Below, in pieces: positions 37,887-52,353 of a stretch of 64,000 bases of DNA; position 1 is the stretch's first letter, and every line of letters begins with the position of its first letter. Made by a program: the position numbers and the translations under genes. The notes beneath the pieces are model-generated. The model was not told the origin of the DNA, searched no databases, and saw nothing but the letters and a program-made list of their open reading frames with translations. Origin of the DNA: Geosiphon pyriformis uo1 (lineage: Eukaryota; Fungi; Glomeromycota); the NCBI GenBank assembly GCA_016748015.1, contig JAAOMT010000134.1, forward strand, positions 316,757-380,756, in the 5' to 3' direction.

Positions 37887-40800
37887 CCAGCAGTAACACC
37901 TCAATGTATCCAACCACCTACTTGGAAGAAACACAGAATTGAATCACCTACAAATCCATCATACTATTATACTCCTGGAAGTGCCATCAATATTGCAGCA
38001 GTAGGCACATCTACATCAAATACGACATCAACATTTGGATGATTCCCATTTCAAAGTAAACAAAAGAAAGAAGACTTATTAGGATTATACGGCGCATATT
38101 TTGAAGACTTTAAATTACAATCGCCAACATCATCAGGATTTCGATCACCACCACCTCAACCAGATTTCAGAACTGCGAGTTCTTGGGAAGTTACTGAATC
38201 AGAAAGAAAACAAAAAAAAGAGAAAGAAGAATCTGAGGATTAAGAATTTACTTAACAAAACCCGATCCCAGAAAATCCGGAATTTGAAACCCCAAACATT
38301 CAAACTCTGAAACATTTAAATCTAGAAAATCCAGAAATTGAAACTCCGAATTTTCAAATACAGTACAATCAGAACGATTGAAACTCCAACATTAATAATC
38401 AATAACACTTACCTTCAGTAATTGTGATCAATCCACTATCAGCTCCACCAAATGCTAAACAACAACAACAGCCACAACTGCTATCTTAACAAAACCAACA
38501 GCAACCACAACAACAACCAATGGCTTATGCTCCAATTGCCAAAATCAAGAAATTTACCAAAGAAGAGGACGACACCCAAGTATGGCTCAACAATGTGGAA
38601 AAAGCCATCGCAGCCAATAAATAGAATAATGACAGAGCCCTTCAAGTGATTCCCTATTTTCTACAAAATACCGCCGACTCGTGGTATCAGAGTTTAGATG
38701 TTAAATCTCAAACATTCCAGGAATTCAAAACTGCATTTTTGGGATATTTCAGTAATAATAACAGCATTAATCACTTAGCTAACACCTTCACCACAATCAA
38801 ACAAGGAGAAACTGAAGCAGTTACCACTTACTTAGGACACTTCCATAGAAACCTGCATCAAATTCAAGCAATTGATGCCAACTATTTCACAGTGCCACAG
38901 ATTCTCAACCAGTTTATCCATGGCCTGTGCAGCAGCATCTTGCAACATGTACATTCATTGCATCCAAGCACCCTTTAAGATGCAGTCACATACACCAGAG
39001 ATTTCAAATCAGCTGAGTCAAAGGCCAATTATGCTTAAGCTGTTAATCTAGTAATGAATAGATCATCTGAATTGGATTTCAAATTGAAACAATTCAATGA
39101 TTCACTTAATCAGAAATTGGAGGGATACTTAGCTAACAATCACCCAATTTATCAGCCTTTTCAATGATGTAATAATCAAGGAAATGCAAATTGTTTCCAA
39201 AATCAGTTGCATTCATCATCATCAATAAATCAGCCATGGCAATAAGAAACACAAATTTGCCACAGCTGTGGTAAACAAGGTTACCTTAGAGCCAATTGCT
39301 GTGTTTATAGTAACCAACAATCGGGAAATCAATATCAAAACCCTGATTACCAGTTTCCAACTTCGAGTTACCAATCCAACCCAGCCCCATATCAACTAAC
39401 TTATCTACCAATAATACAACAGCCAATATATCAACCACCCATATATCAACCTCCAGTTTATTAACTGCAACCACTGATAATATATCAACCATTACAGCCA
39501 CAAATAATTTATCAGACATCCACAGTTCAAACATTGCCATCAAACTCAGCTCAAATGACATCAAGAAACCCTAGATCAAGAGTCATCCAAAACTGGAGAT
39601 TGGCGATGGTTATTCACCAACCAATCTCCAATTTATTCACCCAGCTGTCAGAATTATGACAAAGGAGTTCAAGAACCAGGTATACTCAAAACCTGAGTTC
39701 CCAGAACTATTTAAGCCTTTTGGCTACCTTAGAAGATGCCTCACCCAACACTTGTGAACCCAAACAGAAGCAATCACTTACCAATATTCTACCAGCTACT
39801 GTCATGGAAGACGAGTCTCTAGCAGCTATATTTCTTTTCAAAATTGAGAAACCAATAGAAACTCTTTTGTTCAGTGAAGCCGCACTCGAGAAACAACCTA
39901 TCACAGTGATGTACACAGATGCCAAAATTGATGGTCAGTCCATTAAACTGATTCTAGATAGTGGATCAGCAGGCAGCATCATTACAAGACAGCTCATAGA
40001 CCAATTAAGTCACCGAGTTAATCGAGCTGCTAGTGTAAGGATAATTACTGCTGATAGAACCACCAAGACTCCAATTGGTGAAATAAATAACTTGCCCATA
40101 GAAATCAATGACATCACAGTACCAATCAAGATATTAGTCATGGAAGCTACCCAATACCAAGCACTGGTGGGTAATGACTGGCTGTTCAAAATCAATGCGA
40201 CACTCAATTAGAACACCCAAGAGCTCCAGCTTAGCCAGAACGGACAACACACATGTGTACCAGCCATGTGTGGTCATTTTAAACTCATTACTATGCCATC
40301 AGCTCCACTTATCAAATTCAAAGAAGAAAAAAAAAACCTACCTGGAAAGCATACCAAGTCTCTTAGGCTGATAAAGACTACAACGAGCTACTATCAATAC
40401 TTTCTTGGGATGACAAGAGAAAAGAAAAGGAAAACAAAGAACTTACCTGGAATACTAACCAAAACTGGAGAACTAATTATGATCAAGATGAACCAGCAAA
40501 CTGAGAATGAGAAAAAATTAATAAGGGAAAGGGAAAGAAGAAACCACTCTTACCAGCAGCACTTATAGTTTATATGCTTACATTTCAATACCACCATCCA
40601 ATTATCATTGACCAAAATTAGAATGCATTAATTGCAGCAAAAAATTGTTATCAATGGGCGCATGCTGTGGTGATGACAAGGAATACTCCATGGCCACAAG
40701 ATTCTACTGCCACCCATGCATCATAGAGCACTTTGGATGACCAAAACGACAAGGAAAGTGAGATAACCAATCATGTCTTACATGTAGAACTATTCTACCT

Positions 40801-43800
40801 GACAAAGGAATGTGGAATAACATTCCTGGGTGTGGAGAAACATGTGATGAGACATGCCAGTACATTATACTAATAAACGATTAGGTAAGTAAAGGAATAC
40901 CAATTAACGACACCTGGAAATGAGCATTGCGACAATTGGAAAGATATCTCCATAACAAAGATGAACTATAGAGAATGGCATATGCAAAAGCAGAAGGTGT
41001 GACAACCAGTGAATTACTAAAGATCAAAAACAACTTTCTATCTCTTTCTGAACCTGAATACGTCCAAATTTTTGATATCTTTGGCAACATTAAAAATGAT
41101 CCAGAAGAATTTCATGAACATTACCAGCATTTGGCACCTACTAGGAAAGAACAAAAGCAGTGTTTAGAGCAGTTAAATACTCAATTATGTCAACATTGCT
41201 TAATTCCCTGTGACTTTTAGTATTGTAATAAGTGTGATCTCATTTACAATCCACCATCATGCATGATCTACACAATCCCAGAAGAAGATGAACCAATAAG
41301 CAACTGCACAGCAGAATTGGAATAAACTTTCAATCCCGATTCAAACACTAATAATGACGATGATGAAAACAATGGTTCCAGCTCTGCTCTGAATGACAAT
41401 GAAATTTACAATGATTCAAACTCTCATTCAAACCCTGAAACATTTATTGCACTTCCTGATCTCACTAAGGAACAGGAATTTAAATAGTTCAGCAATAATG
41501 GCAAAGGTATCATGCCAGAGCATATGCATAATACTAATGCAGGGTTTGATCTAAGATATCCAGGGAAAGATGCCATCAAACTAGAGCCACATTTATGCAC
41601 CTGCATCGATTTGAAAATAGCATTGGAAATACCAGCAACAACCATGATTCAACTAGCTTTCAGAAGTAGTTTAGCAAAAAAAAGGATTACTATAAGAGAA
41701 GAAATAATTGACACCAGATATGTGGGAAATATCATGGCAATACTACAAAATAACTCAGAAAAGACCTATATCATAGAACTCAATGAAAAGATAGCACAGG
41801 CAATATTTCTGCCTCTGGTTAGAGTAGCTCAGTTAGTATCAGTGAGAAAAAGGGAAGAATTAGAGATAACAACTAGAGGAATACAGGAATTCGAATCCAC
41901 AGATAGAATAGATGTACCAGTTAATATGGCAGAAGAAAAAATGATTGGCCAAGGAGAAATTATCTCAACTGGTCAAGTAATTTCTATTCCACCATATGAC
42001 CAGTATATAATAATTATAGAGAGAAAGGTGAAAGATAAGGATCAAATTTTTGAAGCAGAAACAAGCCTTTGTGAATCAGGAGAGATTGGATTCATCAATC
42101 TCCACATACCAACCAAAAACCACAACCATATCAAAATTTCCATTTACAACACCACAGAAGATGACATCACAATACCAGAGGGAACTATCATTGAATACAT
42201 AAGCACTGAATTAGAAAATCAACCACCAAGCATTATTCCAGACTTTCCACAGCTATGTAAATATGTAGATATTACGTCACAAACAATCTACAGACAAAAT
42301 GAATGTTATTTGCTCCAACCAGAACAATTGAAATAAATGAACATGAGAAATTTGGACCCACTTCAACATATGCAACTCAAAATGTTACTCAACAACTTCA
42401 ATAATATCTTTGCTAGCAAAAACAAATTTGGCAGAACTGACATCATCCAACATCAAATCAAAACTGAAAATGCTATGCCAATTAAACAATGAGCATACAG
42501 AGTACCACCAGCCAGCCATAAGATTATTCATTAAGAGATCAACTGAATGTTTGACAATGGGCTAATTCAGCCATCTATGAGCCTATGGTCATTACCAGTA
42601 ATACTTGTTCAGAAGAAGAATGGAAAGATCAGATTTTGTGTGGACTACAGAAAACTCAATGGAGTCATCCATGGAAACAGCTATCCAACTCCATAAATCC
42701 AGAAGCTATTCGATGCTTTTGGAGAAAATAAATGGTTCTCAATACTGGATCTGAATAGTGGATACTGGCAGGTAGCCATGGATCTAGCAGACAAAGAAAA
42801 AACAGCTTTTACGATGAGAGAAGAGAATTTTGAGTTTGAAGTCATGCCATTCGGCTTGATGAATGCTTCAGTCATATTTCAATGATTAATGGAAATAGTA
42901 TATACTGGCTTATTGTGGAAATCAGTAGTCATCTATTTAGATGACACCAATGTGTTCTCCAAAACATTTAATGATTATTTGCATTATTTACAACAAGTGT
43001 TTGAAAGGCTATAACGAGCAGGACTAAAGTTAAATGCCAATAAGTGCTTCTTTGGCAAGACAGAATTAAACTTTTTAGGGCACATAATAAGCAAAAACGG
43101 CATTAAAACAGATCCAGAAAAGATAAAGATAGTCAAGAACTTTCCAGTACCAACTAATGTGACAGAGTTGAAGTCATTCTTGGGATTTGCAGGCTATTAT
43201 TGATGCTTTATCAAAAACTTTTCTAAGATAGCCCAACCACTCAATTATTTCTAAACCAAGAATGTGAAATACAAATGGATAGAAGCACAACAAGAAGCTT
43301 TTGATATTCTAAAAAGAAAGCTTATACAAGCTCCAATACTGATTTATTCAGATCACAATAAACCATTTATCATTACTACCGACACATCAGGCCAAGCATT
43401 GGGAGTGGTACTATCACAGAGAAGACCAGATGGAAAAAAACATTCAGTCACATATGCCAGCCAAGATTTAACTCCAGCTAAAAAAAATTATGGAACACCA
43501 GAACTAGAACATTTAGCAATTTATTGGGCAGTCATGAAATAGAAAGAATACTTGAGCCAGAAGTTTGAGATGTATACAGATCACAAAGGACTGACATTAC
43601 TCCAAAAACAAAAATTTGGAGATGGCAGACAATCCAAATGAAAAATGGCACTCTCGCCATATACTTATACCATATATTATAAAAAGGGAAAAGACAATGG
43701 AAATGCAGATGGTTTGTTACAAATAAGACAAATCTAAGAACATTCAACCCAAAAATATAACAAAATCAAACCAAATCCAACAAAAATATAACAAAAGATG

Positions 43801-45200
43801 AACACACAAAAATACCAACAATTTAAACATTATATAGATACTCAGCAGTTTAAGGAGAAATTATCTTAATCAGAACGAAATAGTATCAAACAATAATCAA
43901 AATATTTTATCACTCACCAAAACATACTTTATTGGAAAAATAGACAAAATTCAGATCAACCAACTAGAGTAGTTACAGAACCAGAGAAAGAAACAATACT
44001 GTTCAACATGTACTCAGATCCAACAGCAGGACATTTCCACAAAGAAGCAATCATGGAAAGAACCAGAAAAAAATACTATTGGCCATCAATGTATCCAGAC
44101 ATCATCCAATATGTTCAAAATTATGATTTTTGTCAAAGAAAAGAAGGAACAAAACCCAGTGAACTACTGAGACCAATCAAAGTCAGACAACCATTTGATT
44201 GCATTGGAATTAACTTAATCAGACCATTAACAATTACCAGCAAAGGAAATAGATATATTGCAGTAGCCATGGACTATCTCACTAAATGACCAGAAGCAAA
44301 AGCAATTCAAAGAGTGGATGCAGAATTTGTTGCCAAATTTATTTATCAAGATCTGATTTGTCAACATAGATGTCTAAAAGAATTATTATCAGACCAAGGA
44401 ACTCACTTTGTGAACAGAACACTAGTAGAATTGAGCCAAAGATTCGGAATTAAAAGACCACTATTATCACTATATCATCCATAAACAAATGGTTTAGTTA
44501 AAAGATTTAATAGAACATTGTGTGAAGCAATCGCCAAACTCAGCCAAAAAAACCAGGATGAATGGAATTTGTTTATACCATTAGTATTATTTGCTTATTA
44601 GACAATAAAACAAGACACTACACAAGTAACACCATTTGAATTAGTATACAGTAGAACAGCAACATTACCAGTCGAGATAGAAGTCAACACTTATCCAACA
44701 GAACTAATAACTAAAGACAATTTTCAGAAAACGTTGCTAAGAAGAACATATGACTTGATAGAAACTCTAAAAAACAAGCAATAAAAAGCAGCTGATAACA
44801 TCCAAAAATCACAAGAGAAACAAAAAAAGAGACATGATAACCAACTACCAAACAAACCAGTTAAATTCAAGATTAGAGACAAAGTACTTCTACATCATAC
44901 TAAAGCAAAAAAACAATGGAGTGAAAAATTTGACCCCAAATGGGATGGACCATTTCACATTGAAAAAATTCTTGAAAATGGAGCTTATAAATTAAGATTG
45001 AACAACAAAATCTTGACCAAAGCAGCACATGGTGATTGACTGAAACCATATTACCAAATAGCATCATCATTCACCAATAATATTTCACAATTAAAAGTAC
45101 AATGAATACTAGTTCAATTAGACAAGATTCCACGAAATCTGGAACCAATCATAATCATTAAACCAAACACATAAAATCAAACAATAAAAGAGTATATAAA
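37887..45200 (+). pseudogene. gag-pol: D gag-pol pseudogene (continues from 27423-27765), dUTPase at ~41512-41907
   Basis: MAYAPIAK at 38520; CHSCGKQGYLRANC; LILDSGSAG; AGFDL; YLDD; TDTSG; H..GH..YYWP; WDGPF. Confidence 0.93.
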
Positions 45201-45234
45201 AACACAGTATACATGATAAAGGCAACCAAGAAAA

Positions 45235-45870
45235 ATAAAAATACCAGATCAGATTCACACAATAGCTTAACAATTGTTTCAGGCTTTAAGTCAACAACAG
45301 TTAGATATAGAAATTATTATTAATAACCAAACAATTTGCTATCAAAACACCAAAAGAATAACAAAGAATACACCATATCAGCGTTCACCAAAGAATGATA
45401 AAAACTGGTCAGATAACATAATTGAAAAAGTAAAAAACACTTTTGGAAAATTACCTATTATGGTACCAACAAAAGAACTTACAAAAGAGAATTGGAAGCA
45501 ATAAACAAAACAACTTCCAATATCATACTGTTACTACCAATTAGGTCAAAAGTTGAATATTCAGGAATTGTATATTGACAAATCCAAGAGAGTATTTAAC
45601 CAAAACATAATACAGCAAATTGAAAAATTCATTGGGAAAAAGATAAACTCAACACTATATGTGATAACAATTTATTGACTGCACAACATATTTCAAAACT
45701 ATCCAGAAATACTGTTACACTCTGATATGGAAACCATATCCATTAACCAATGGAAAAGAATGAACAATACACAAGTAGAAGACATAAAGAACAGAGTTGA
45801 ACAAACAATACTTGAAAAAGAAGTATTAGAATTAATTCAAAATGAAGATTTCGATGGAGCTCAATATTAA
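45235..45870 (+). pseudogene. D ORF3 (212 codons; start decayed ATG>ATA)
   Basis: Colinear with C ORF3 and ends DFDGAQY* at the PPT. Confidence 0.8.
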
Positions 45871-45882
45871 AGGAGGAGATAA

Positions 45883-46750
45883 TGTTACTCATAAAAAGAA
45901 AATAGATATGAAAAATAGCAGACCAATAAGAGAATAGTATTTAGTATGTGAACACATTGCTTAACAATGTGAAACAATATCAGAAATCATGACATATTGC
46001 TTAACAATATGGAGCAATGTCAGAAAACACAGCATATTGCTCAACAATATAGAGCAATATTAGAAAATTAGAGCATATCGCTCAGCAATGTGAGCATTGC
46101 TCAAGAAATCATAACACATTACTCGGAAATATAAGTGATCTTGTAGAACATCAATTATGTATATATAGTAGTAGCATTAGAAATAAAAAAGGGCAAAATC
46201 CTTTAGTTAGAAATCTCCAATTCACAAATATTGAATAAATAAATTATTTACCATCCAAATCCACTCTTCACTATCAACATTCCATGTTGATAGCAATTGA
46301 TACTTAACCACACTAGAACAATAGCTCTTGATCACAGCTATTAACAAATACTAACTTGCACATTGCCTTGGCTCATTTTTTTATGTCATTTCTTTTATTT
46401 TCTTGTTTAATTGTTGTTATTACTAACTCTATTGAGGATTAACATGCAGGGTACTAATGTCAGGATATAGCACTGGTAAAAGACCCAAGAATAAGAGTAG
46501 GACACTCAATTGAGGATAGCTTACCAGGAGGAATACTGGCCATCAAGCTGAGAAAAAAATTGATGAAACTGAGGTTTCGGGAAGCTATGGATAAAACTAT
46601 TACCACTGAATCTTTGTCTATTATACAAAGGACTCAACCAAAGCCTTCAGATAAACACACCTTCAGATATTACTAACAACATTATATCAATTGAGCACCA
46701 AATTACGGGTTTGTTATTTGCCTTGAGACCCCAAGTAATTACTTGTAACA
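45883..46750 (+). repeat. 3' LTR of D
   Basis: TGTTAC..GTAACA, 868 bp, preceded by the PPT. Confidence 0.93.
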
Positions 46751-49330
46751 ATGGTTATTACCAATAGTACTAGTTTGGAAGAAAAATAGAAAGATTTATT
46801 TTTGTGTGGATTACAAAAAACTCAACAGTATTACTCATAAAAATAGTTATCCAACTTCACAAATCTAAGAATTATTCAATGCTTTTGGAGAAAAGAAATG
46901 ATTTTCTACATTAGATTTGAATAGTGGTTATTGGCAAGTAGTCATAAATCTAGCTGACAAAGAGAAAACAACATTCACTATACAAGAAAAAAATTTTAAA
47001 TTTGATGTTATGCCATTTGGTTTAATAAATACACCAGCCACTTTTCAATGGCTTATGAAAATCATTTATACTGGACTATTATAGAAATCAATAGTAATAT
47101 ACTTGAATAACACCAATGTATTTTCAAAAACATTTAATGATCATTTCTATCATCTTTAGCAAGTGTTTAAGAAATTAAGAAGAGCTGGATTAAACTAAAT
47201 ACAAACAAGTGTTTCTTTGGCAAAACAGAACTGAAATTTTTGGAACATATTATAAGTAAAAACAGCATCAAAATAGATCCAGACAAGATTGAAATTGTCA
47301 AAAACTTTCCAGTACCAACAAATCTCACAGAATTAAGAGGATTCTTGGAATTTGCTAAATACTATTGTTACTTTATCCAAAACTTTTTCAAACTAACTTA
47401 ATTATTTTATTAGCTTTAAGCCAAGACTGTGAAATATGAATGAACTAAAGCTCAACAAAAAGCTTTTGACATTTTAAGAAAAAAACTTATTCAAGCCCCA
47501 ATATTGATCTATTTGGATTACAGCAAATCATTCATTATTACTATTAATACATTAAATTAAGCATTAAGAGCTGTATTGTTCAAAAAAAACCAAATAAAAG
47601 AGAACACTCAGTAGTATATATTAGCTAAAACTCAAGTTCAGCTAAAAAAAACTATAAAACTTCAGCATTAGAACATTTGGCTATCTATTGGGTTGTTATT
47701 AAATAAAAAAAATACTTAAGTCAAAAGTTTGATATATACATTAATCACAAAGAATTAACATCAATCCAAAAACAAAAATTTAAAGACAACTGCCATGCAA
47801 GATAAAAAATAGAACTTTCACTATTTAATTATATAATATATTATAAAAAAGAAAAAAAAACAGAAATGCTAACAGTTTGTCATAAATAAAACAAATCTAA
47901 AAACATTTTAACCCAAAAATATAACAAAAAATGAACACACAAAAATATCTACAACTTCAATATTATATTAATACCCAACAGTTTAAGGAAAAATCATCTC
48001 AAAAGAAACAAAACAACATAAAAAAACAATTAAAATATTTTATTATTTACCAAAATATATTATATTAGAAAAACAGAAAGAATTTAGATCAACTACTTAA
48101 AGTAATTATAGAATCAGAAAAAGAAACAATATTATACAACATGTACTTAGATCTGACAGCAGAACATTTTCATAAAAAAGCAACCATAAAAAAACCAGAA
48201 AAAGATATTATTGGCCATCAATATATTCAAATATTATTTAATATATTTAAAATTGTGATGCTTGTTAGAGAAGAAAAGAAACAAGACCCAGTAAACCACT
48301 AAAACCAATTAGAGTAAAACAATTATTTGATCAAATTGAAATTGACTTAGTCAGACTATTAACAATAACTAGCAAAAGCAATTGTTATATAGCAGTAGCC
48401 ATGAATTATCTCACTAAATGACCAAAAGCAAAAGCAATTTAAAAAGCAAATGCAAAATTTGTAGCCAAATTTGTTTATTAAAATTTGATTTGTCAACATG
48501 AATATCCAAAAAAATTATTATTAAATCAAAAAACTTATTTTGTAAACAGAACATTAACAAAATTAAGTCAAAAATTTGGAATTAAGAGACTATTATCATT
48601 ATCATACCATCTACAAACAAATGGCTTAGTTGAAAAATTCAACAGAATATTATGTGAAGCAATAGTCAAGATTAGCCAAGAAAACCAAGACAAATGGGAT
48701 TTGTTTATATCATCAGTACTATTTGCTTATTGAACAATAAAGCAAGATATTACACAAGCAATACTATTTGAATTTGTTTATAGTAGAACAGCAACATTAC
48801 CAATTATGATAAACATTAACACATATCCAATGAAACCAATAATAAAAGCCAATTTACAAAAAAAATTGGTAAAAAGAACATACAAACTAATGGAAACTTT
48901 AGAAAACAAAAGACAAAAAGCAGCTGATAATATTTAAAAGTCACAAAAAAAACAAAAAAAATGACATAATAACCAATTATCAGATAAATAAATTGAATTC
49001 AAAATTGAAGACAAAATATTATTACATCATATCAAACAAAAAAACAATAGAGTAGAAAATTTGACTCCAAATAAAATAGATTATTTTACATGGAAGAAAT
49101 TTTAGGAAATAAAGCTTATAAACTAAGATGAAACAATAAAATCTTAGTTAAAACAGTACATAAAGATTGACTGAAACCATATTACAATATAGTATTATTA
49201 TCTACTAATAATATTTTACAATTAAGAATACAAAGAATACTAGTCAAATCAGATAAAATTCTACAAGATCTGAAACCAATTATAATTATTGATACAAACA
49301 CATCAAAATAATTAACCAAAATAATATAAA
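46751..49330 (+). pseudogene. pol: A pol remainder (RT, RH, IN)
   Basis: FCVDY, LDLNSGYWQ, decayed YLNN (YLDD), NGLVEKFNR. Confidence 0.88.
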
Positions 49331-49368
49331 AAAACACAGTATATGTGACAAAAGCAACAAACAAAAAA

Positions 49369-50010
49369 ATAGAAATTCTAGACCACATCTATTTAATAGC
49401 TCAACAATTATTTCAAGCTGTAAATTAACAACAATTAAATATAAAAATCATTATTAACCACCAAACAATCTGCTATTAGAACACCAAAAGAGAAAAAAAA
49501 ACAAAAAATACACTATATCAGCAACTACTGAACTTAACAAAATATTGATTAGATAAAATAATAAAAAAAGTGAAAAATACTTTTAGAAAAATACTCATAA
49601 TTGGCCCAACAAAGGAGTTAACAAAAGAAAATTGGAAACACTAAACAGAACAACTTCTAATATTATATTGTTATTATTAATTAGGACAAAAGCTAAATAT
49701 TTAGAAACTATATACTGACAAGTCCAAAAAAATATTCAATCAAAAAATAATACAGCAAATTGAAGACTTTATTAGAAAAAAAACAAATTCATTACTTCAT
49801 ATTAGAACAATTTATTAACTATATATCATATTTTAAAATTATTCAAAAATACTACTACACTCAAAAATAAAAACAATAACCATTAATAATTAAGAAAAAA
49901 TGAACAACTCACAAGTAAAAGACATAAAAACCAAAGTTGAACAAATGGTATTAGAAAAAAAAGTAATGAAATTAATTCAAAATAAAGATTTTGATAAAGC
50001 TCAATATTAA
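49369..50010 (+). pseudogene. A ORF3 (214 codons)
   Basis: Colinear with C/D ORF3; ends DFDKAQY*. Confidence 0.75.
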
Positions 50011-50024
50011 AAAAAAAGAGATAA

Positions 50025-51022
50025 TATTACTCATAGAAAAAAATACAAAAGAAATAAAAAGAAAAACAGATAAAAAAAATAGACCAATAAAAAAATAGTA
50101 TTGAGCATATGAGCATATTGCTGGTAAATTATGGCATATTGCTCAGAAAAATAAGCAATGTCAGTAGATTAAAGCATATTGTTTAGCAATGTAAATAATG
50201 TTAATAGATTAGAACACATGTGAGCATTGCTTGAGAAATTATAGCATATTGCTTATGAATGTATAAAATCTCATAGAACATCAATTATATATATATAATA
50301 AGAATATTAGAAGCAAAAAAAACAAAATTAATAGCTAGAACTTACAATTAAAATTTCTGCTTAAAAAACACAATTAGAAACAGTTCAAAATCTATACACA
50401 TGTTAATAAATTATCAATTACCACTTGAATTCATGTTATTATCACTTGATTAAAAAAATATTAAAACATTTTTACTTTATTAACACTCTATATTGATAGA
50501 ATTTAATACTTAATCACTTTAAAACAATAGCTCTTAATTATGACTATTGACAAAATACTGATTTTTTATTTTTTTTTATTTTTTATTTATTTATTTTTAT
50601 TTATTTTTTTTTGTTTCATTGATTTATTAACTGATTAAAAAGATTAACATACAGAGCATTAATGTCAAAATATAGCACTGATAAAAGATTCAGGAATAAG
50701 GATAGATATTTATAATTGAGAATAGCTTATCAGAAGATACCAGCCACCAAGCTAAGAAAAAAATTGACAGAATATAGATATTTCAAGAAGCAACAAACAA
50801 TAAAGCACACTAACTCAAGAGTTAAGAAAACACTAAAAACATTACTAAAGAATATTACTATTGAATCTCTGTTCATTATATAAAAGACTTAACCAGAATC
50901 TTCAGATTATATAAATCTTTAAATCAATCTACACTTTCAGATATTATTTATTATATTACTTATTAAACACCAAATTATAAGTTTGTTATTTGTATTAACA
51001 CCCCAAATAATCACTTGTAACA
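50025..51022 (+). repeat. 3' LTR of A
   Basis: TATTAC (decayed TGTTAC)..GTAACA after an A-rich decayed PPT. Confidence 0.88.
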
Positions 51023-52315
51023 GTAGTTTTTTGTTTTTTACAATAGCTGAGTTATAGGCTATTGTACTGTTCTTGGAATGTGTTCTACTTTTTTGTTTAG
51101 TTGTTTTACATCTAAATAGTCAATCTGCTATTAATGTATGTGTTTTTGAGATTTTTTACTGTATTAGACTTTCATAATCAATGCTAAATAAAAAGAAGAC
51201 ATATTGCTAATTTGATTAGAAATAAATATTTTTTTGTTATATAAGTAAAGATTAAAACCTATTTGAATATTTCAAACAATATTTGAGCTAATAGAATAGC
51301 AGATAAAACTGTTTACTTTTTTTTCTCTATTAATTGGAATTTAGAAATGTTTTATAATGACTGAAAATATAATTTTATTTGGCAATACTTATTATTTTGT
51401 TTACAATTTGTATATATCTATTTGTTGTGCTTGATAAAAGGCTGGTCCTGGTTTTAATATAATTTCAAGTGTGCTAATTAGAGAAATAGATTGGTTAGCT
51501 ACTGCAAGAGTTTGGCATTTTAACTTGCATATACTTTCTAAGTTTATTAGTAGAAAGTCTACAAATATGTATATGTACTTAATAAAAACTGTACACAAAT
51601 AACTATTAATAGTAGTTTAAAAAAAATTATATAATAAGTTATATTTTGGTGTGCTGTATTTATTATATGATAAGATAGAATTATTTGACCATGTTTTTGC
51701 TTGTGTTGAAGATAATAGTATTTAGAAAAATATTTTGGCAGAAGCTTCTAAGAAACAAGTATTATTAGTAAATATTTATTGCCTATTCTTTTTTGTTGTT
51801 TTGTAAACACTTTCTTAATGTTCATCAAATGTGAATTTGTATATAACAGTTTGCAAGAAATTTATACTAAAAGATTAATATATTAAAGCTGTCACAGTTT
51901 TTGATAAAAATATAAAGATAGCTTCTGCTTTAGTTGAATACATAAAATATTTGGTAGAATTGTATCAGACTAAGATATAACTTATAAGATTAAAGCATAG
52001 AATAAACATAAAAAAAACTGGATTAATTAAAAATAGTGGCATGATTTCAAGTTTGCTTTGTTAAATGGTATTTATGTTGTTAAATAGAATAGTTCATTTG
52101 TTTAGTATAGTAAAGTTTTTTGTAGTTAGTTTTAATAAGCATAAACAGTGCTTTTTTTTTTCTGGTTTATATAAAAATGTAGTATTGTTTTGTCTGATTC
52201 AAGTAGTTAGCTATATGTAATAGAAATGTAAACAGTATTTAATTTGAATTATTTAGTTTAGTTCTATATATTAGATAGCTATTAAACTTTACTTATTAAA
52301 TATTTAATAAAAAAA
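51023..52315 (+). mobile_element. 3' fragment of a LINE: RNase H, C-terminal region, 3' UTR, AATAAA/poly(A)
   Basis: TIAEL*AIV..ECV..NSQSAIN; homologous to 52354-53640 on the opposite strand; ends TTAATAAAAAAA. Confidence 0.85.
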
Positions 52316-52353
52316 TATATAAAAAACTTAAAAACATATTTAAAACCAAATAA

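Larger units (their letters stand above)
26595..46750 (+). mobile_element. Ty3/Gypsy element D (dUTPase family) inserted in the RT of A; own sequence ~10.0 kb
   Basis: LTRs 26595-27362 and 45883-46750; TSD ATAG/ATGG; PBS 27365-27381; PPT 45869-45882 AAAGGAGGAGATAA. Confidence 0.93.
1226..51022 (+). mobile_element. Ty3/Gypsy LTR retrotransposon A (outermost, most decayed); own sequence 1226-3159, 21718-22232, 23316-26594, 46751-51022 (~10.0 kb)
   Basis: Has LTRs TGTTAC..GTAACA, a PBS and a PPT. The gag-PR-dUTPase-RT-RH-IN order is restored once the insertions are removed (MAYAP/IAK junction, AQA/VNL junction, SPW/SSP junction). Confidence 0.9.

Noticed and set aside
45000-45200. Chromodomain at the integrase C-terminus
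   Set aside because: No aromatic-cage or chromo motif after the GPF module; the tail is short and followed by ORF3.
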